Virus record (IMG/VR): IMGVR_UViG_3300021400_001756
Location: 3,744-67,743 of that record
Direction: 5' to 3' (one strand)
From: a virus
Lineage: Duplodnaviria > Heunggongvirae > Uroviricota > Caudoviricetes
Length of the DNA: 64,000 bases
Every line of letters begins with the position of its first letter. Positions within the stretch are counted from its first letter, which is position 1. This document shows positions 1 through 9,790 of this stretch, piece after piece. The position numbers and the translations under genes were made by a program. The notes under the pieces were generated by a model that saw only the letters and a list, made by a program, of their open reading frames with translations, was not told the DNA's origin and did not search any database.

Positions 1-834
1 ATTGTTTAAAATTCTACCCTGATTTGCACTTAAAGCATCTTGACCAGATGTACTTGTTACACCATCTATAACATTTATATTTGTATGTTCTCCGTTACCA
101 TCTGTGATATTGTAAATAGTTCCATTAACTAAATCTCCGTTATTTTTTAATGTATTATATTCTGCTTGTGTTAATGAAATTATATTTGTAACTGTATCAT
201 CTAAACTATTTATTTTATGTGCAACTAAATTATCTACCTCTGTTTTTGTATAATAATTAGATAAATCAATTTTTTGTGAACCTAATAATTCCCATTGATT
301 ATTAACATATATATACTCTTCAAATATATTTCCTGTTTTTGGATTATCACTAGGTACTAGGTATACAGTTGTTGTAGAAATATTTGTAGTAGGTAATGTT
401 TGAACTACTAATATATTGAATTTTGGTATAGCACTTATTTTATTTTCTAAATCTCCAACAGTTTCATCTATTTGTGTTTTAGTGTAATAATTAGTTAAAT
501 CTGATGCAATACCACTCTCTACATCTGAAATTAAATTATCCACTTCCAGCTTAGTATAAACGTCTGATGGGGTTTGTCCTATTTCTGAAGCTAATTCATT
601 TATTGCATTTACTATACTTGTTTTATCTTGTGTAGTTAGATTAATTAAATTTCCTACACTATTTTTAAGTTGTGTTAGACTATTGTTTAAAACACGTCCT
701 TGATTAGCAGATAAAGCATCCACACTACTAGACGAGTTAAGATTATCTATTACAGTAACAGCACTTCCACTACTATTATCACTAGCATCTGCTATAATAT
801 ATTCTGTACCTTGTTTAATTATTCTTAAAGACAT
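1..834 (-). CDS. tail fiber protein, N-terminal 278 aa (start ATG at 834; 3' end runs off the window)
   Basis: The frame is open from the ATG at 834 down to position 1, with an aaggag RBS about 8 nt upstream. Internal repeats DL(T/S)NYYTKT(Q/E)(I/V)D are present. The DALSANQGR(V/I)LNN motif occurs twice and is also found in ORF 3452..3925. It was not in the ORF track, presumably because it is partial. Confidence 0.6.
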   Translation of the reverse strand, partial: MSLRIIKQGTEYIIADASDNSSGSAVTVIDNLNSSSSVDALSANQGRVLNNSLTQLKNSVGNLINLTTQDKTSIVNAINELASEIGQTPSDVYTKLEVDNLISDVESGIASDLTNYYTKTQIDETVGDLENKISAIPKFNILVVQTLPTTNISTTTVYLVPSDNPKTGNIFEEYIYVNNQWELLGSQKIDLSNYYTKTEVDNLVAHKINSLDDTVTNIISLTQAEYNTLKNNGDLVNGTIYNITDGNGEHTNINVIDGVTSTSGQDALSANQGRILNN

Positions 835-854
835 TTATTGTACTTAACTCCTTT

Positions 855-1268
855 CTAACAATGTTTAACTAATATACCATTTTTACCTACATAAAAATTA
901 TCATTATCAGCTATTTCTAAATTATATACATCATATTCCTTATTTATTTTATTTATATTCTCTAAAACTATATCTCCACTGCTAGTCACTAGTTTATTTC
1001 CAGGTCTTAAAAACTCTGTTCTTATTTCTGTTTTACCTACAAAGAATAATTCTTTATATGTAGTTAAAATCATCTCATTTTCAAAGTATAATCTATATAT
1101 AACGGATATATTATGTTTTGATACATTTATAATATCCTTATATTCTGTCTTTTCCTTTTCAAAGTTATATGTTAAAACTTTATCTCCACACTTTAAATCT
1201 TTAATTAGTTTTAATCCACTTTTTGTAACTATAAGTGTATCTCCTGTGAAACAATCTTTATTTATCAT
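855..1268 (-). CDS. free-standing Hint (intein-like) domain protein, 137 aa
   Basis: The N-terminal CFTGDTLI resembles intein block A, with Cys at position 6. The C-terminal VYNLEIADNDNFYVGKNGILVKHC resembles blocks F/G but ends in HC-stop rather than HN. It has its own RBS (aggag), and the upstream and downstream genes are not in frame with it. Confidence 0.55.
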   Translation of the reverse strand: MINKDCFTGDTLIVTKSGLKLIKDLKCGDKVLTYNFEKEKTEYKDIINVSKHNISVIYRLYFENEMILTTYKELFFVGKTEIRTEFLRPGNKLVTSSGDIVLENINKINKEYDVYNLEIADNDNFYVGKNGILVKHC

Positions 1269-1287
1269 GTTTTTACTCCTATAAATA

Positions 1288-2328
1288 TTAAAGTTGTTGA
1301 GCTACATTTTGAACATTCTTCTCTAACTGTTCATATGTAATCTCATCAACAGGTTTGCTAAACATTAACTCTATAAAATCATCTAATGTTGTTTTAAAAA
1401 TAATTCCCTGCAAATGATTACTCTTGCTATTATAAGCATTAGTATACATAGCTTTATAGTCATCTTCACTAATAAATTGCTGTATTTGTTTATAATAATC
1501 ATAATAAAATTTTCTACTTAACTCTTCTATAGCATTTAACGTTTCTTGTGGAACCTTTTTTGCTAAAGCTACATTATAGTATATAAAGCAACTAAATGCA
1601 GTTTCTAAAGCTGATGGTGCTATAGATTTAAGTGGAACGCCTTCTCGTTGTGCAACGTTGTAAGCATTGTGTAGGTTATAAATATACCCTGGTGTACATA
1701 TACCATATTCGTATTCATCCTTACCTCTTCTTGTTATGGACGCTTCATTATAATGCCACTCATAAGTAGGAATACTTAATATTTTACCACCTTCTGGACC
1801 CATATCTTTTTGAGCTATAAGATTGCACATACTATTAAAACCAACATCCTCATTAGCTCTAGTACTTGTAAATCTTATATTGTGTTGTTGTAAAAAACTT
1901 CTTCTATAAATGTGTCCAAATATCCAAACCAAATTAGCATTTACCATACCTTGTTCTTGATTTTTACCTATTTGTACAAAAGGACTTATAACAAACTTAG
2001 TACTAGTGTCTTTTATAGGTTTTGATAACAAACTTAAAGAGCAAGCTTCATAAAATGTATCATCTGCATCGATAAAAGTTATAAAGTCTTGTTTTGTGTT
2101 ATCTATACCATATTGTCTAGCATAGCCTGGACCTCTATTAGTCTCATATCCTATCTCTCTAATGTTTATAAGTGGTTTGAACATATCAACTATATCTTTA
2201 TAGTCTTTTCCGCCATCATTAACAATAGTTACAACTAACTCTTTTCTGTTTAATTGCATTGCTATACTACTAAGTGTTCGTATTATAGTATCTTGGCTGT
2301 TATATGCTGGAATTATTATATCAATCAT
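1288..2328 (-). CDS. family 2 glycosyltransferase
   Basis: The N-terminal IIIPAYN, VNDGGKDY and the DADD (DxD) motif are typical of the GT2 / GT-A fold. Confidence 0.8.
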   Translation of the reverse strand: MIDIIIPAYNSQDTIIRTLSSIAMQLNRKELVVTIVNDGGKDYKDIVDMFKPLINIREIGYETNRGPGYARQYGIDNTKQDFITFIDADDTFYEACSLSLLSKPIKDTSTKFVISPFVQIGKNQEQGMVNANLVWIFGHIYRRSFLQQHNIRFTSTRANEDVGFNSMCNLIAQKDMGPEGGKILSIPTYEWHYNEASITRRGKDEYEYGICTPGYIYNLHNAYNVAQREGVPLKSIAPSALETAFSCFIYYNVALAKKVPQETLNAIEELSRKFYYDYYKQIQQFISEDDYKAMYTNAYNSKSNHLQGIIFKTTLDDFIELMFSKPVDEITYEQLEKNVQNVAQQL

Positions 2329-2357
2329 TTTGTCTCTACCTCCAAAATTTCTTGTAT

Positions 2358-2373
2358 CAATAATATTTTACAC
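2358..2373 (-). promoter_or_regulatory. conserved late-promoter-like motif (minus sense GTGTAAAATATTATTGA)
   Basis: A recurring AT-rich motif about 30 nt upstream of the GT2 start. Confidence 0.4.
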
Positions 2374-2426
2374 AAATAAAAAGTATGTATATTTTATATA
2401 CATACTTTAATTTTCGTTATACTCTG

Positions 2427-3437
2427 TTAATATGTCCAACCAGCTTGAGTAAGTTCTGTCCATCTATTTTCATATCGTGTATTAGATATATTAGTACTTT
2501 GGAACGGACTAAATGCGTTACTTCCATTGACAAGTGTTTTAGTAGTTACACTAGTACAATTTAAAACAAAGTTTATTATATTTGTTACATCCATATCTGT
2601 TAAATTATTACACTTTTCAAACATACCTCCAATGTTTGTAATTTTATTTGGACTCCAATTGGAAATAGGTACGTTAGTTAAGTTATAACATAAACTAAAC
2701 ATCTTAGCTGTGTTAGTAACATTACTTACGTCCCAAGTTTCACATGAAGATGCATTTGCTAAATTATAACAGTATATACATAAGCTATCTAATCTTGTAG
2801 CACTATTTGTAACATTAAATTGAGGTAAATTACGTAATCCCACACATCCTCTTAATGTTTCTTGAAATGTAGTAGCATTAGCTGTATTTAGTGGAGGTAA
2901 ATCCATTACACTTTGACATCTAGCAAATGTTTGATACATATTCGTTACTTTACTTAAATTTAACTGAGGTACATGAACCAAAGCATAACAATTATAAAAA
3001 CATTGACTCATGTTACTTACATTATAAGTATTTACGTTAGGAAAAAACATTATATCTGGACTTTCGTAATATGCTCTATACATACTTGATTTATTATTAT
3101 TCCAGGTATTGTAAACATTTTTAGAATAGTTAACGTAGTAATCTAACTCTGTTGGAGCTGAGTTGTATCCAATTGCTTGCCAGTCATACATTACAGATTT
3201 GTTATCTACAATATTCTGTAATGTATTTATTTCATTATATAAATTTGTAATAAGTAAATTTTGTTGTTGTACAACAGGTTCTAAGTTACTAGTATCTCCC
3301 ATATTACTTATAATATTAGCATACTGTCTAAAAGGTGTATTTATCTGCACATCCTGCCCTTTATTCACTAAAGATTGTCTAATTAAATCTTTAGTTTCCG
3401 AAAGATATTCTATTTTACTAGCTATTGTATTATACAT
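2427..3437 (-). CDS. tail fiber / receptor-binding protein with BspA-type leucine-rich repeats
   Basis: There are six or more repeats of about 22 aa of the form NVTN(M/T)xxxFxxCxxLxxxP (LRR_5 / BspA-like). It lies in the distal tail module. Confidence 0.6.
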   Translation of the reverse strand: MYNTIASKIEYLSETKDLIRQSLVNKGQDVQINTPFRQYANIISNMGDTSNLEPVVQQQNLLITNLYNEINTLQNIVDNKSVMYDWQAIGYNSAPTELDYYVNYSKNVYNTWNNNKSSMYRAYYESPDIMFFPNVNTYNVSNMSQCFYNCYALVHVPQLNLSKVTNMYQTFARCQSVMDLPPLNTANATTFQETLRGCVGLRNLPQFNVTNSATRLDSLCIYCYNLANASSCETWDVSNVTNTAKMFSLCYNLTNVPISNWSPNKITNIGGMFEKCNNLTDMDVTNIINFVLNCTSVTTKTLVNGSNAFSPFQSTNISNTRYENRWTELTQAGWTY

Positions 3438-3451
3438 TAAAATCCTCCTAA

Positions 3452-3925
3452 TTAAAATTGCATATTATCTCCAACTTCGTATTCTCCGTTAATTAAGTCT
3501 AAAGCCTCTCCTATATCCCCTATCATATTATTAAGAATTCTACCTTGGTTTGCACTAAGAGCTTGAGTTGTAGATGTACTAGTTAAATTATCGACAATAA
3601 AAGTATTTTCTACACCATCATCCAATATTGCGTATAGTACGTCTTCTTCTAGTTCATTGTTATTTTGTAATTCATCATATTCTTGAGCAGTTAAAGATAT
3701 TATACCCTTAACACTTAAATCTTCACTAATAACAACATTACCAGGTAAATCAGAACCTAGTTGCTTCCAACGTGTTCCATCATATTGAAAATATTCTTTA
3801 CTTGTAGAGTTGTAATATAATTGTCCTAAAACACCTGTAGCTGGTTCTGTTGCTTGTACTTGAATTCTTACGTTTTTAATTTGATTATAATCCAAATCTA
3901 TATCCGATTTAAATGGTATCCCCAT
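3452..3925 (-). CDS. tail fiber-associated protein
   Basis: It shares the ALSANQGRILNN module with the partial fiber gene at 1..834 and lies between the baseplate J-like gene and the LRR fiber gene. Confidence 0.5.
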   Translation of the reverse strand: MGIPFKSDIDLDYNQIKNVRIQVQATEPATGVLGQLYYNSTSKEYFQYDGTRWKQLGSDLPGNVVISEDLSVKGIISLTAQEYDELQNNNELEEDVLYAILDDGVENTFIVDNLTSTSTTQALSANQGRILNNMIGDIGEALDLINGEYEVGDNMQF

Positions 3926-3941
3926 AAGTTTGTATTACCTC

Positions 3942-6137
3942 CTAGAATATACTTGTATTTGTATCTTGTATCTTTAATGATGACGCATCAAAATTAAATG
4001 TTTGTGTACTCAAATTTTTATATACAGCTATAGTAACTTTATTTTTTGTGTAGTTAACAATTAAGTCATCAGCTATTGGAGAGTTAAATTCTAGTGTGAC
4101 TTCTCCCGTTGTATAATCAATTTTACCGTTTCTTTGTAGTAAGTTCTCTGTATTATATATAGCTCCATTATTATTATCTCGTAATATATATTGTCCTCCA
4201 TTAACTCTTACCATTAAAGAACCAGGTAATATTGGAGCATTATCTAAAGTAAAATTATACACTAAGTCTTCTGATAGAACAGGGTTTTCTAATCTAGGTA
4301 CTTGTTTTGTATAGTACCCAATTAAATCCTCTTTATTAAGTTCATCTCCCTCTTCTGTTGTATATTTGATTGGGTCTAAATCTACCATTAAAATTCTATT
4401 ATCAACAGCTAATATAGTTTCTATTATTTCTTTATAATTTATAGCGGTATTAAAGTTTACTTTTTCCACAGAATAGTTAAATCTTAAGTCATTATTTATA
4501 TTAACAATCATTGTCTGTAATTCATCTAGTGTTAAAGGTTCTTTTGTATAAAAAGTTCCTGTAATTGTCCAGTAGAATTTTTGTATTGAATGTAAATCTA
4601 CTTGTAAATTTAATGGTAATATTTTGTATTGTTGCATATCTGATACTTCAGATAATATTAAAGATGTATATACTTCATCGTCCATGTCTTCATACTCAGG
4701 TGTTCTTAGTATATAAAGTTTAACAGTAAATGGGGATAATGTTTGTACACTATTTATAACTTGTTGTCCTATGTATCTACCTGCTGCTTCTACATCACCA
4801 TTTATAAAAGCTTCTAACATTTCTGCATCTTCATTTGATACAAAAGAGTCTTGGTTACAATCTGCTAATTGTTTTTGATATGGAGTAAGTGGATATTGAT
4901 TTGGTGCTTGTAAATAATTACGTAATAAATCTAAATCCTGCTCATTAATCTCACCATCCATATTTATATCTCCTACATAATGAGATATAGCAGTACCTGG
5001 GTCATTTGTTAAATCTGTAGCTCTAACATTAGCTACACCTGGTTCACGTAAACATGCTCTTTCAAAGTCTGCTAAAGTAATAAGTGTATCCAACGTATTG
5101 ATGTATTTAACAGATTCTTTTCTTGCTTCATCTGGAGTTTCTGGATTATATCCCCAACAACTATCATCATTAGTAAAATTTATAAATCCAGCAACATTAT
5201 ACATAGTAGTATTTGAACTTGTCTGTACTTTACTCCACACATTTCCAGTTAGTTTGGTAAGAGTGTTAGAAAATATTTGACCATTCTCACCGGCACTAAG
5301 TATATAGAAAATTTTAAACCTAGATACATTGTAGTTATCCCAATAATCTATTAACTCTAAATAAGGTCTATCATTAACATCTACGTCAAATTGGAAAAAT
5401 CTACCAACATCTGTAGTTAAATAAATATTTTCTTTTAATGTCCACTCGTTACCTGTATCATCAATCATTATAATATGGTCTTGGTCTATATTTGAATCCT
5501 TTAAATATATTCTATTATTTGTTATATCATCTACTGTATAATTATAACCATAAATTGTATGCCAAGCTTTACCTTCTTGAGCATAAGGCGAACTAGAACT
5601 TCTAACGGGAGTTACAGGTATACCTTGTATTAACTTGATTTTTGTCTCTTCACCATTATTAGTCATATTAGAAGGTAAATCGTAATAGTCAAATGTTGTA
5701 TATGTTATTTGACCATTGCTTGTAGTAAAGGTACAAAATCTAGGAATAGTTGCCATGTTAGAATATGTATTTATAACATTACAATAAAGTTCAGCTGACC
5801 TAAACCATTTCATTTTATAACCAATTAACTTATATATACTTGCAGCATTTTTTCGTAGAGTTACAGTACTAGGGTAAATCTCTAAAGATTCCATATCTTG
5901 TTGATAGTTTAACATATCACCCAATATTGCTATTAGTCTTACTAGAACCAATCCTGGGTCATTAGTATCCGTACTATTCCATTTTTGAGTAATAGTAGGA
6001 ATACTAGATATTAAATCATCCAATATTGTAGTGTAGTCTCTACTAGTGTAATCTATACGTTTAGCACTGTAATCTTCTTTTAAAACTTGATTTAATTGCG
6101 CCATTTGTAATACTATCATCCTTTCGTGTTTAATCAC
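3942..6137 (-). CDS. baseplate J (gp6)-like protein carrying an internal dockerin module
   Basis: It is 731 aa and sits immediately downstream of the gp25-like gene, which is the P2 W-J / T4 25-6 order. It contains the tandem calcium-binding repeats DINMDGEINEQDLDLLRNYL and DCNQDSFVSNEDAEMLEAFI, which make up a type I dockerin. The track start is GTG; an internal ATG start is possible. Confidence 0.6.
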   Translation of the reverse strand: MIKHERMIVLQMAQLNQVLKEDYSAKRIDYTSRDYTTILDDLISSIPTITQKWNSTDTNDPGLVLVRLIAILGDMLNYQQDMESLEIYPSTVTLRKNAASIYKLIGYKMKWFRSAELYCNVINTYSNMATIPRFCTFTTSNGQITYTTFDYYDLPSNMTNNGEETKIKLIQGIPVTPVRSSSSPYAQEGKAWHTIYGYNYTVDDITNNRIYLKDSNIDQDHIIMIDDTGNEWTLKENIYLTTDVGRFFQFDVDVNDRPYLELIDYWDNYNVSRFKIFYILSAGENGQIFSNTLTKLTGNVWSKVQTSSNTTMYNVAGFINFTNDDSCWGYNPETPDEARKESVKYINTLDTLITLADFERACLREPGVANVRATDLTNDPGTAISHYVGDINMDGEINEQDLDLLRNYLQAPNQYPLTPYQKQLADCNQDSFVSNEDAEMLEAFINGDVEAAGRYIGQQVINSVQTLSPFTVKLYILRTPEYEDMDDEVYTSLILSEVSDMQQYKILPLNLQVDLHSIQKFYWTITGTFYTKEPLTLDELQTMIVNINNDLRFNYSVEKVNFNTAINYKEIIETILAVDNRILMVDLDPIKYTTEEGDELNKEDLIGYYTKQVPRLENPVLSEDLVYNFTLDNAPILPGSLMVRVNGGQYILRDNNNGAIYNTENLLQRNGKIDYTTGEVTLEFNSPIADDLIVNYTKNKVTIAVYKNLSTQTFNFDASSLKIQDTNTSIF

Positions 6138-6149
6138 TAATATTTTACT
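6135..6149 (-). promoter_or_regulatory. conserved promoter-like motif (AGTAAAATATTAGTG)
   Basis: It abuts the annotated GTG start of the J-like gene. Confidence 0.35.
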
Positions 6150-6256
6150 TACTTTTTGTTAAACGTAATAAAGGATTTTTATATCTAAATAATAACTTTA
6201 TATTACTTAGTAATAAAAATCCTTTAAATTTGAACGTTATAGAGATAAAGCATAGT

Positions 6257-6647
6257 TTATCTATATGGATTATCCATAGGAGTTATATCCATATTGTATG
6301 TATTTATTTGATTGGTATCTTTTATAGTATATGTTAAATATATATTTAGTCTATCTACATCTTGAAATATTGTAATATCATCAGATGTCATTGTTATTCT
6401 AGGCTCATATTTAGATACAGCATTAAGTATGTCCTCTTTTACTAATTGCTGAATAATTATACCGTTATATCTAAAAACTCTTTCAATTAGTAAACAACCC
6501 CAATCTGGGTCACCTAACATTTCCCCGAGGTCTTGTTCTCAATAATATACCTAAACATTCATTTATTGATTTATTACCTGATGATAACATAGTCTTTTTA
6601 GATGACCTACTTATCATCTGTGGAAAACTAAATGTTGTTTGATTCAT
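6257..6647 (-). CDS. baseplate wedge protein gp25/GpW-like, split by an apparent -1 frameshift near 6521-6530
   Basis: The upstream 46-aa frame (ATG at about 6647, aggagg RBS) ends in ECLGILLRTRPRGNVR*. The downstream frame MLGDPDWGCLLIERVF...AVSKYEPRI continues the T4 gp25 alignment (SLLGIITTRKGSRPFDPEFGC...AVRNYEPRI). The junction lies in a cggggaaatg run. Confidence 0.65.
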
Positions 6648-6651
6648 ATAC

Positions 6652-8340
6652 TTATCCTCCTATAATCTTTCTAACTAACTCAATACCCGTATTCTTAATA
6701 GTATTTACTGTTTGTGTGAATATGTTTGTTCCATTATATATTTGACCTTCTACTATAGGTTGTGGGTCTATAGCTTCGCCATCTTTACGAATTTCAAAAT
6801 GTAAATGTGGTCCAGTACCAATACCTGTATTACCTACATATCCTATTACTTGTCCTGCTTTAACTTCAACTCCAACCGATATACCTGGAGCAAATCTACA
6901 CTGATGAGCATATCTTGTTTGATAGTTATTTGGGTGGTCTAAATAAATAACATTACCGTAACCCGATGCCCAACCTGCATAAGCTATTTTACCTGAACTA
7001 GATGCAATTATTTCTTTTCCCATAGCATTACCGCCTGAGATATCAATACCTTTATGATACGTACTAGCTCCAGCTGTTGGTGCTGACCTAGGTCCAAACT
7101 TTGATGTAATTGTAGTTAATTCTGTTACGGGCCAAAAGAATTTATTTCCATTAACTAGATTTGATAAGGCATTACCTATAAATCCAATAATACCATTACC
7201 TCCTGTTGGAGTAACACTAGTTAAAGAATTATCTGTTAATTTTCCAGCTGTATATAATTCTTTTATATACTCCAAAGTACGTCTTCTTCTAGACAAGTAA
7301 TTACCTGTACAACCCGACCAATAATTATAATACTGTTCGGCTTGTTGGTATAAATCTCCTGTACTATTTTGTATTGAATAAGCTTTATTCATACATCCTC
7401 TTAAATTAGGTGAACGTGAACTATTATTTATACCAGTACCATACTGATTCATTATATCTGAACACATAATTAGTAAGGAAGGACTAGTTACCTTAAAATC
7501 ATTTACTAACTTATCTACATAGTCTGTTTGTATATTACTACGAGCATAAGTTAATTGTGTTTGTCTACCTAAATCAGAGTTTATACACTCTTTTATAGCT
7601 CTATAAGCTGGATTACTTTGCCAAGGTTTATAACCTTCAAAATTATTTCTATGAGTATTACGTCCATTAGTTGTAACATCTTCCTCTAAACATCTATACA
7701 AATCACATCCAGCAGCACCTGCAAATAAAAACTTATTTTTCCAAGAAGTATCTGCCTTAGCTATTTCATACATTAAATCATATGCTAAACAATTGTGCCA
7801 CTGTATAATACCAATACTCCATCCACCGTTATCGTCCGGGTCAACAAAACCAAATGTATCATGGCCACCAGCGCTTTCTGGAATGTTATCTGGATAACTA
7901 TTATGAGGTATACCTACCTCATTTTCTAACATAATAGGCATAATAAGTTCTACCATACCACTAGCACCAATAGAACTATATGAACCCATAGCACCTGAAG
8001 TTCCAACGCCCATTAAAGCTATATTATTAGGGTCATACATATCTGCACCTAATATAACATAACTACCACTAACATTCTCCACAGTATTAACATATACTAT
8101 ACAACCTATAGCTAAATTACCTACTAAAGATACTGCCCATGGAAATAAATCTTTATATTCACTTTCCGTTTTATTTGGGTCTTCAAAATAAGTATTAAAT
8201 TGAGATTCTATATCTGATTGTATTGATGGAATATATACTTGTACCCTATTTTTGCCTTCGGGGTCTTGTGTTGTATCAGCATTTACTACTATAGCAGCGT
8301 ATATAGAATTTAAATATGTATTATCATTATAGACTTGCAT
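6652..8340 (-). CDS. tail-associated peptidoglycan hydrolase with C-terminal M23 (LytM) peptidase domain
   Basis: The C-terminus reads HKGIDISGG...YAHQ...GYVGNTGIGTGPHLHFE, which is the M23 HxxxD ... HxH signature. Its position just before the gp25-like gene matches a spike or tail lysin. Confidence 0.8.
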   Translation of the reverse strand: MQVYNDNTYLNSIYAAIVVNADTTQDPEGKNRVQVYIPSIQSDIESQFNTYFEDPNKTESEYKDLFPWAVSLVGNLAIGCIVYVNTVENVSGSYVILGADMYDPNNIALMGVGTSGAMGSYSSIGASGMVELIMPIMLENEVGIPHNSYPDNIPESAGGHDTFGFVDPDDNGGWSIGIIQWHNCLAYDLMYEIAKADTSWKNKFLFAGAAGCDLYRCLEEDVTTNGRNTHRNNFEGYKPWQSNPAYRAIKECINSDLGRQTQLTYARSNIQTDYVDKLVNDFKVTSPSLLIMCSDIMNQYGTGINNSSRSPNLRGCMNKAYSIQNSTGDLYQQAEQYYNYWSGCTGNYLSRRRRTLEYIKELYTAGKLTDNSLTSVTPTGGNGIIGFIGNALSNLVNGNKFFWPVTELTTITSKFGPRSAPTAGASTYHKGIDISGGNAMGKEIIASSSGKIAYAGWASGYGNVIYLDHPNNYQTRYAHQCRFAPGISVGVEVKAGQVIGYVGNTGIGTGPHLHFEIRKDGEAIDPQPIVEGQIYNGTNIFTQTVNTIKNTGIELVRKIIGG

Positions 8341-8374
8341 AATTTTTTATATACCTCCATAAAATTATAATGAT

Positions 8375-9790
8375 TTAAAATGAGCCGGATGCTCCACTAC
8401 CTCCGCTAGAACCTCCACCACCAGTTAATAAACTAAAACTCTCGTTGTCATCACTAGTTGTTTTATTATTTAGTTGTCTGTCTGTATTGTTTAAATTATC
8501 TACTCTAAATAAATTAAGTTCAGAAATATAAGTACCATTATTTGAAATTTTATCAGTCATACCTAAAATTATATAAATACCAGATTGTCTACTAGTTTTT
8601 TCTAAGATTCTAGGAACAATTTTAACTTCTGTGTTAATTACTGGGTCTGCAGGTATACCTAGTAATGTAAGTGTAGACTCGTAGTATTCCCAATTTTCTT
8701 CTTGCTTTTGACTTAATGCTTCTTTAATTTCTAAGTATTTTTTAACAGTTGAACTTCCATGTTCTCCTTTGGATATTTTAATCATTGTGGACTGTTTTTC
8801 TACATACTGGTCAACAGTTTTAACAGATAAATCTATTGCTCTTTCGTTATCCAACTCTTTCTCCACATCTGTTAGAGCATCCTCTAATTCTTTTCTATGT
8901 CTCAACCACAATGCTTTTTGTATAACATATTGTCGTAAATCTACCTTAGGATTCCACTGTAAGGCTAAATTAGACCAAAACGAACCAGTACTTTCTTCTT
9001 GTATACCCCACGTAAATCCTTTATTTAATCTGTAAACTGTATTTTCAACATCGTTCTCTTTAGTAAGTAATGGAGATACATGTGTTAGTCTAATAGTTTT
9101 TCCATCGGCTGTATCTGTTAAAAATAAGTACCAACGAGGTTGTTTATTTACAGGTATTTTACTCATATCATTATATTGACCACTCTCTATATCTGATTTA
9201 GTCATGTTATAAGTATCTAAGATATCTTGACAATACTTCCAAGGTGATATATCTTCTTTAGTATTACAAGCTACCTGTTGGTCTTCCATTTCGGAAAAAT
9301 ACTCATCAGGTATATCTATACGGTAATTATATATGTTATCTATATAATCATTAGTATCAGATAAATGGTTAGGAGGATTATTTTTATCCCCATAATACTT
9401 ATACAAAGTATCTACTACAACAGTTAATGGAGATATATTATCTTCTGTTGTTATTTGTTCAAACGTTGTTACATAAGAACAATCTTCACTTAGGATAGAT
9501 ACACCTTCAATAGTATAACTTATTAAACCTGTAGTTGTTTGTACTTGTGACCTAATATCCGTCATATATAATTCATATTTTGGTGAAACCAATGAATTAT
9601 CATTACCATCATATCCACTATATCCATATTGTATATAACACTTTAAACCATTGTGGTCGTCTTCTATTGTATGTGACATGGCTTTTACAATTAACTCATC
9701 TAAAGCCTCTATTTCATCGGAAGATTGTTGACCAAATTTAAATGGGTCATAGGTGAATTGTAAAGTAAAAGTATTTGTTGTACCGAGCAC
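8375..9790 (-). CDS. tail/baseplate structural protein (hypothetical), Gly/Ser-rich C-terminus
   Basis: A 471-aa ORF within the tail module. No recognised motif. Confidence 0.5.
   Translation of the reverse strand: MLGTTNTFTLQFTYDPFKFGQQSSDEIEALDELIVKAMSHTIEDDHNGLKCYIQYGYSGYDGNDNSLVSPKYELYMTDIRSQVQTTTGLISYTIEGVSILSEDCSYVTTFEQITTEDNISPLTVVVDTLYKYYGDKNNPPNHLSDTNDYIDNIYNYRIDIPDEYFSEMEDQQVACNTKEDISPWKYCQDILDTYNMTKSDIESGQYNDMSKIPVNKQPRWYLFLTDTADGKTIRLTHVSPLLTKENDVENTVYRLNKGFTWGIQEESTGSFWSNLALQWNPKVDLRQYVIQKALWLRHRKELEDALTDVEKELDNERAIDLSVKTVDQYVEKQSTMIKISKGEHGSSTVKKYLEIKEALSQKQEENWEYYESTLTLLGIPADPVINTEVKIVPRILEKTSRQSGIYIILGMTDKISNNGTYISELNLFRVDNLNNTDRQLNNKTTSDDNESFSLLTGGGGSSGGSGASGSF

Noticed and set aside
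3163-3492. Plus-strand ORF (109 aa) inside the minus-strand fiber genes
   Set aside because: It is embedded antisense to well-supported genes, has low-complexity hydrophobic composition and no RBS. It is an artefact of AT-rich sequence.
5098-5280. Plus-strand 60-aa ORF
   Set aside because: It is antisense within the baseplate J-like gene.
8769-9035. Plus-strand 88-aa ORF
   Set aside because: It is antisense within the tail protein gene 8375..9790.
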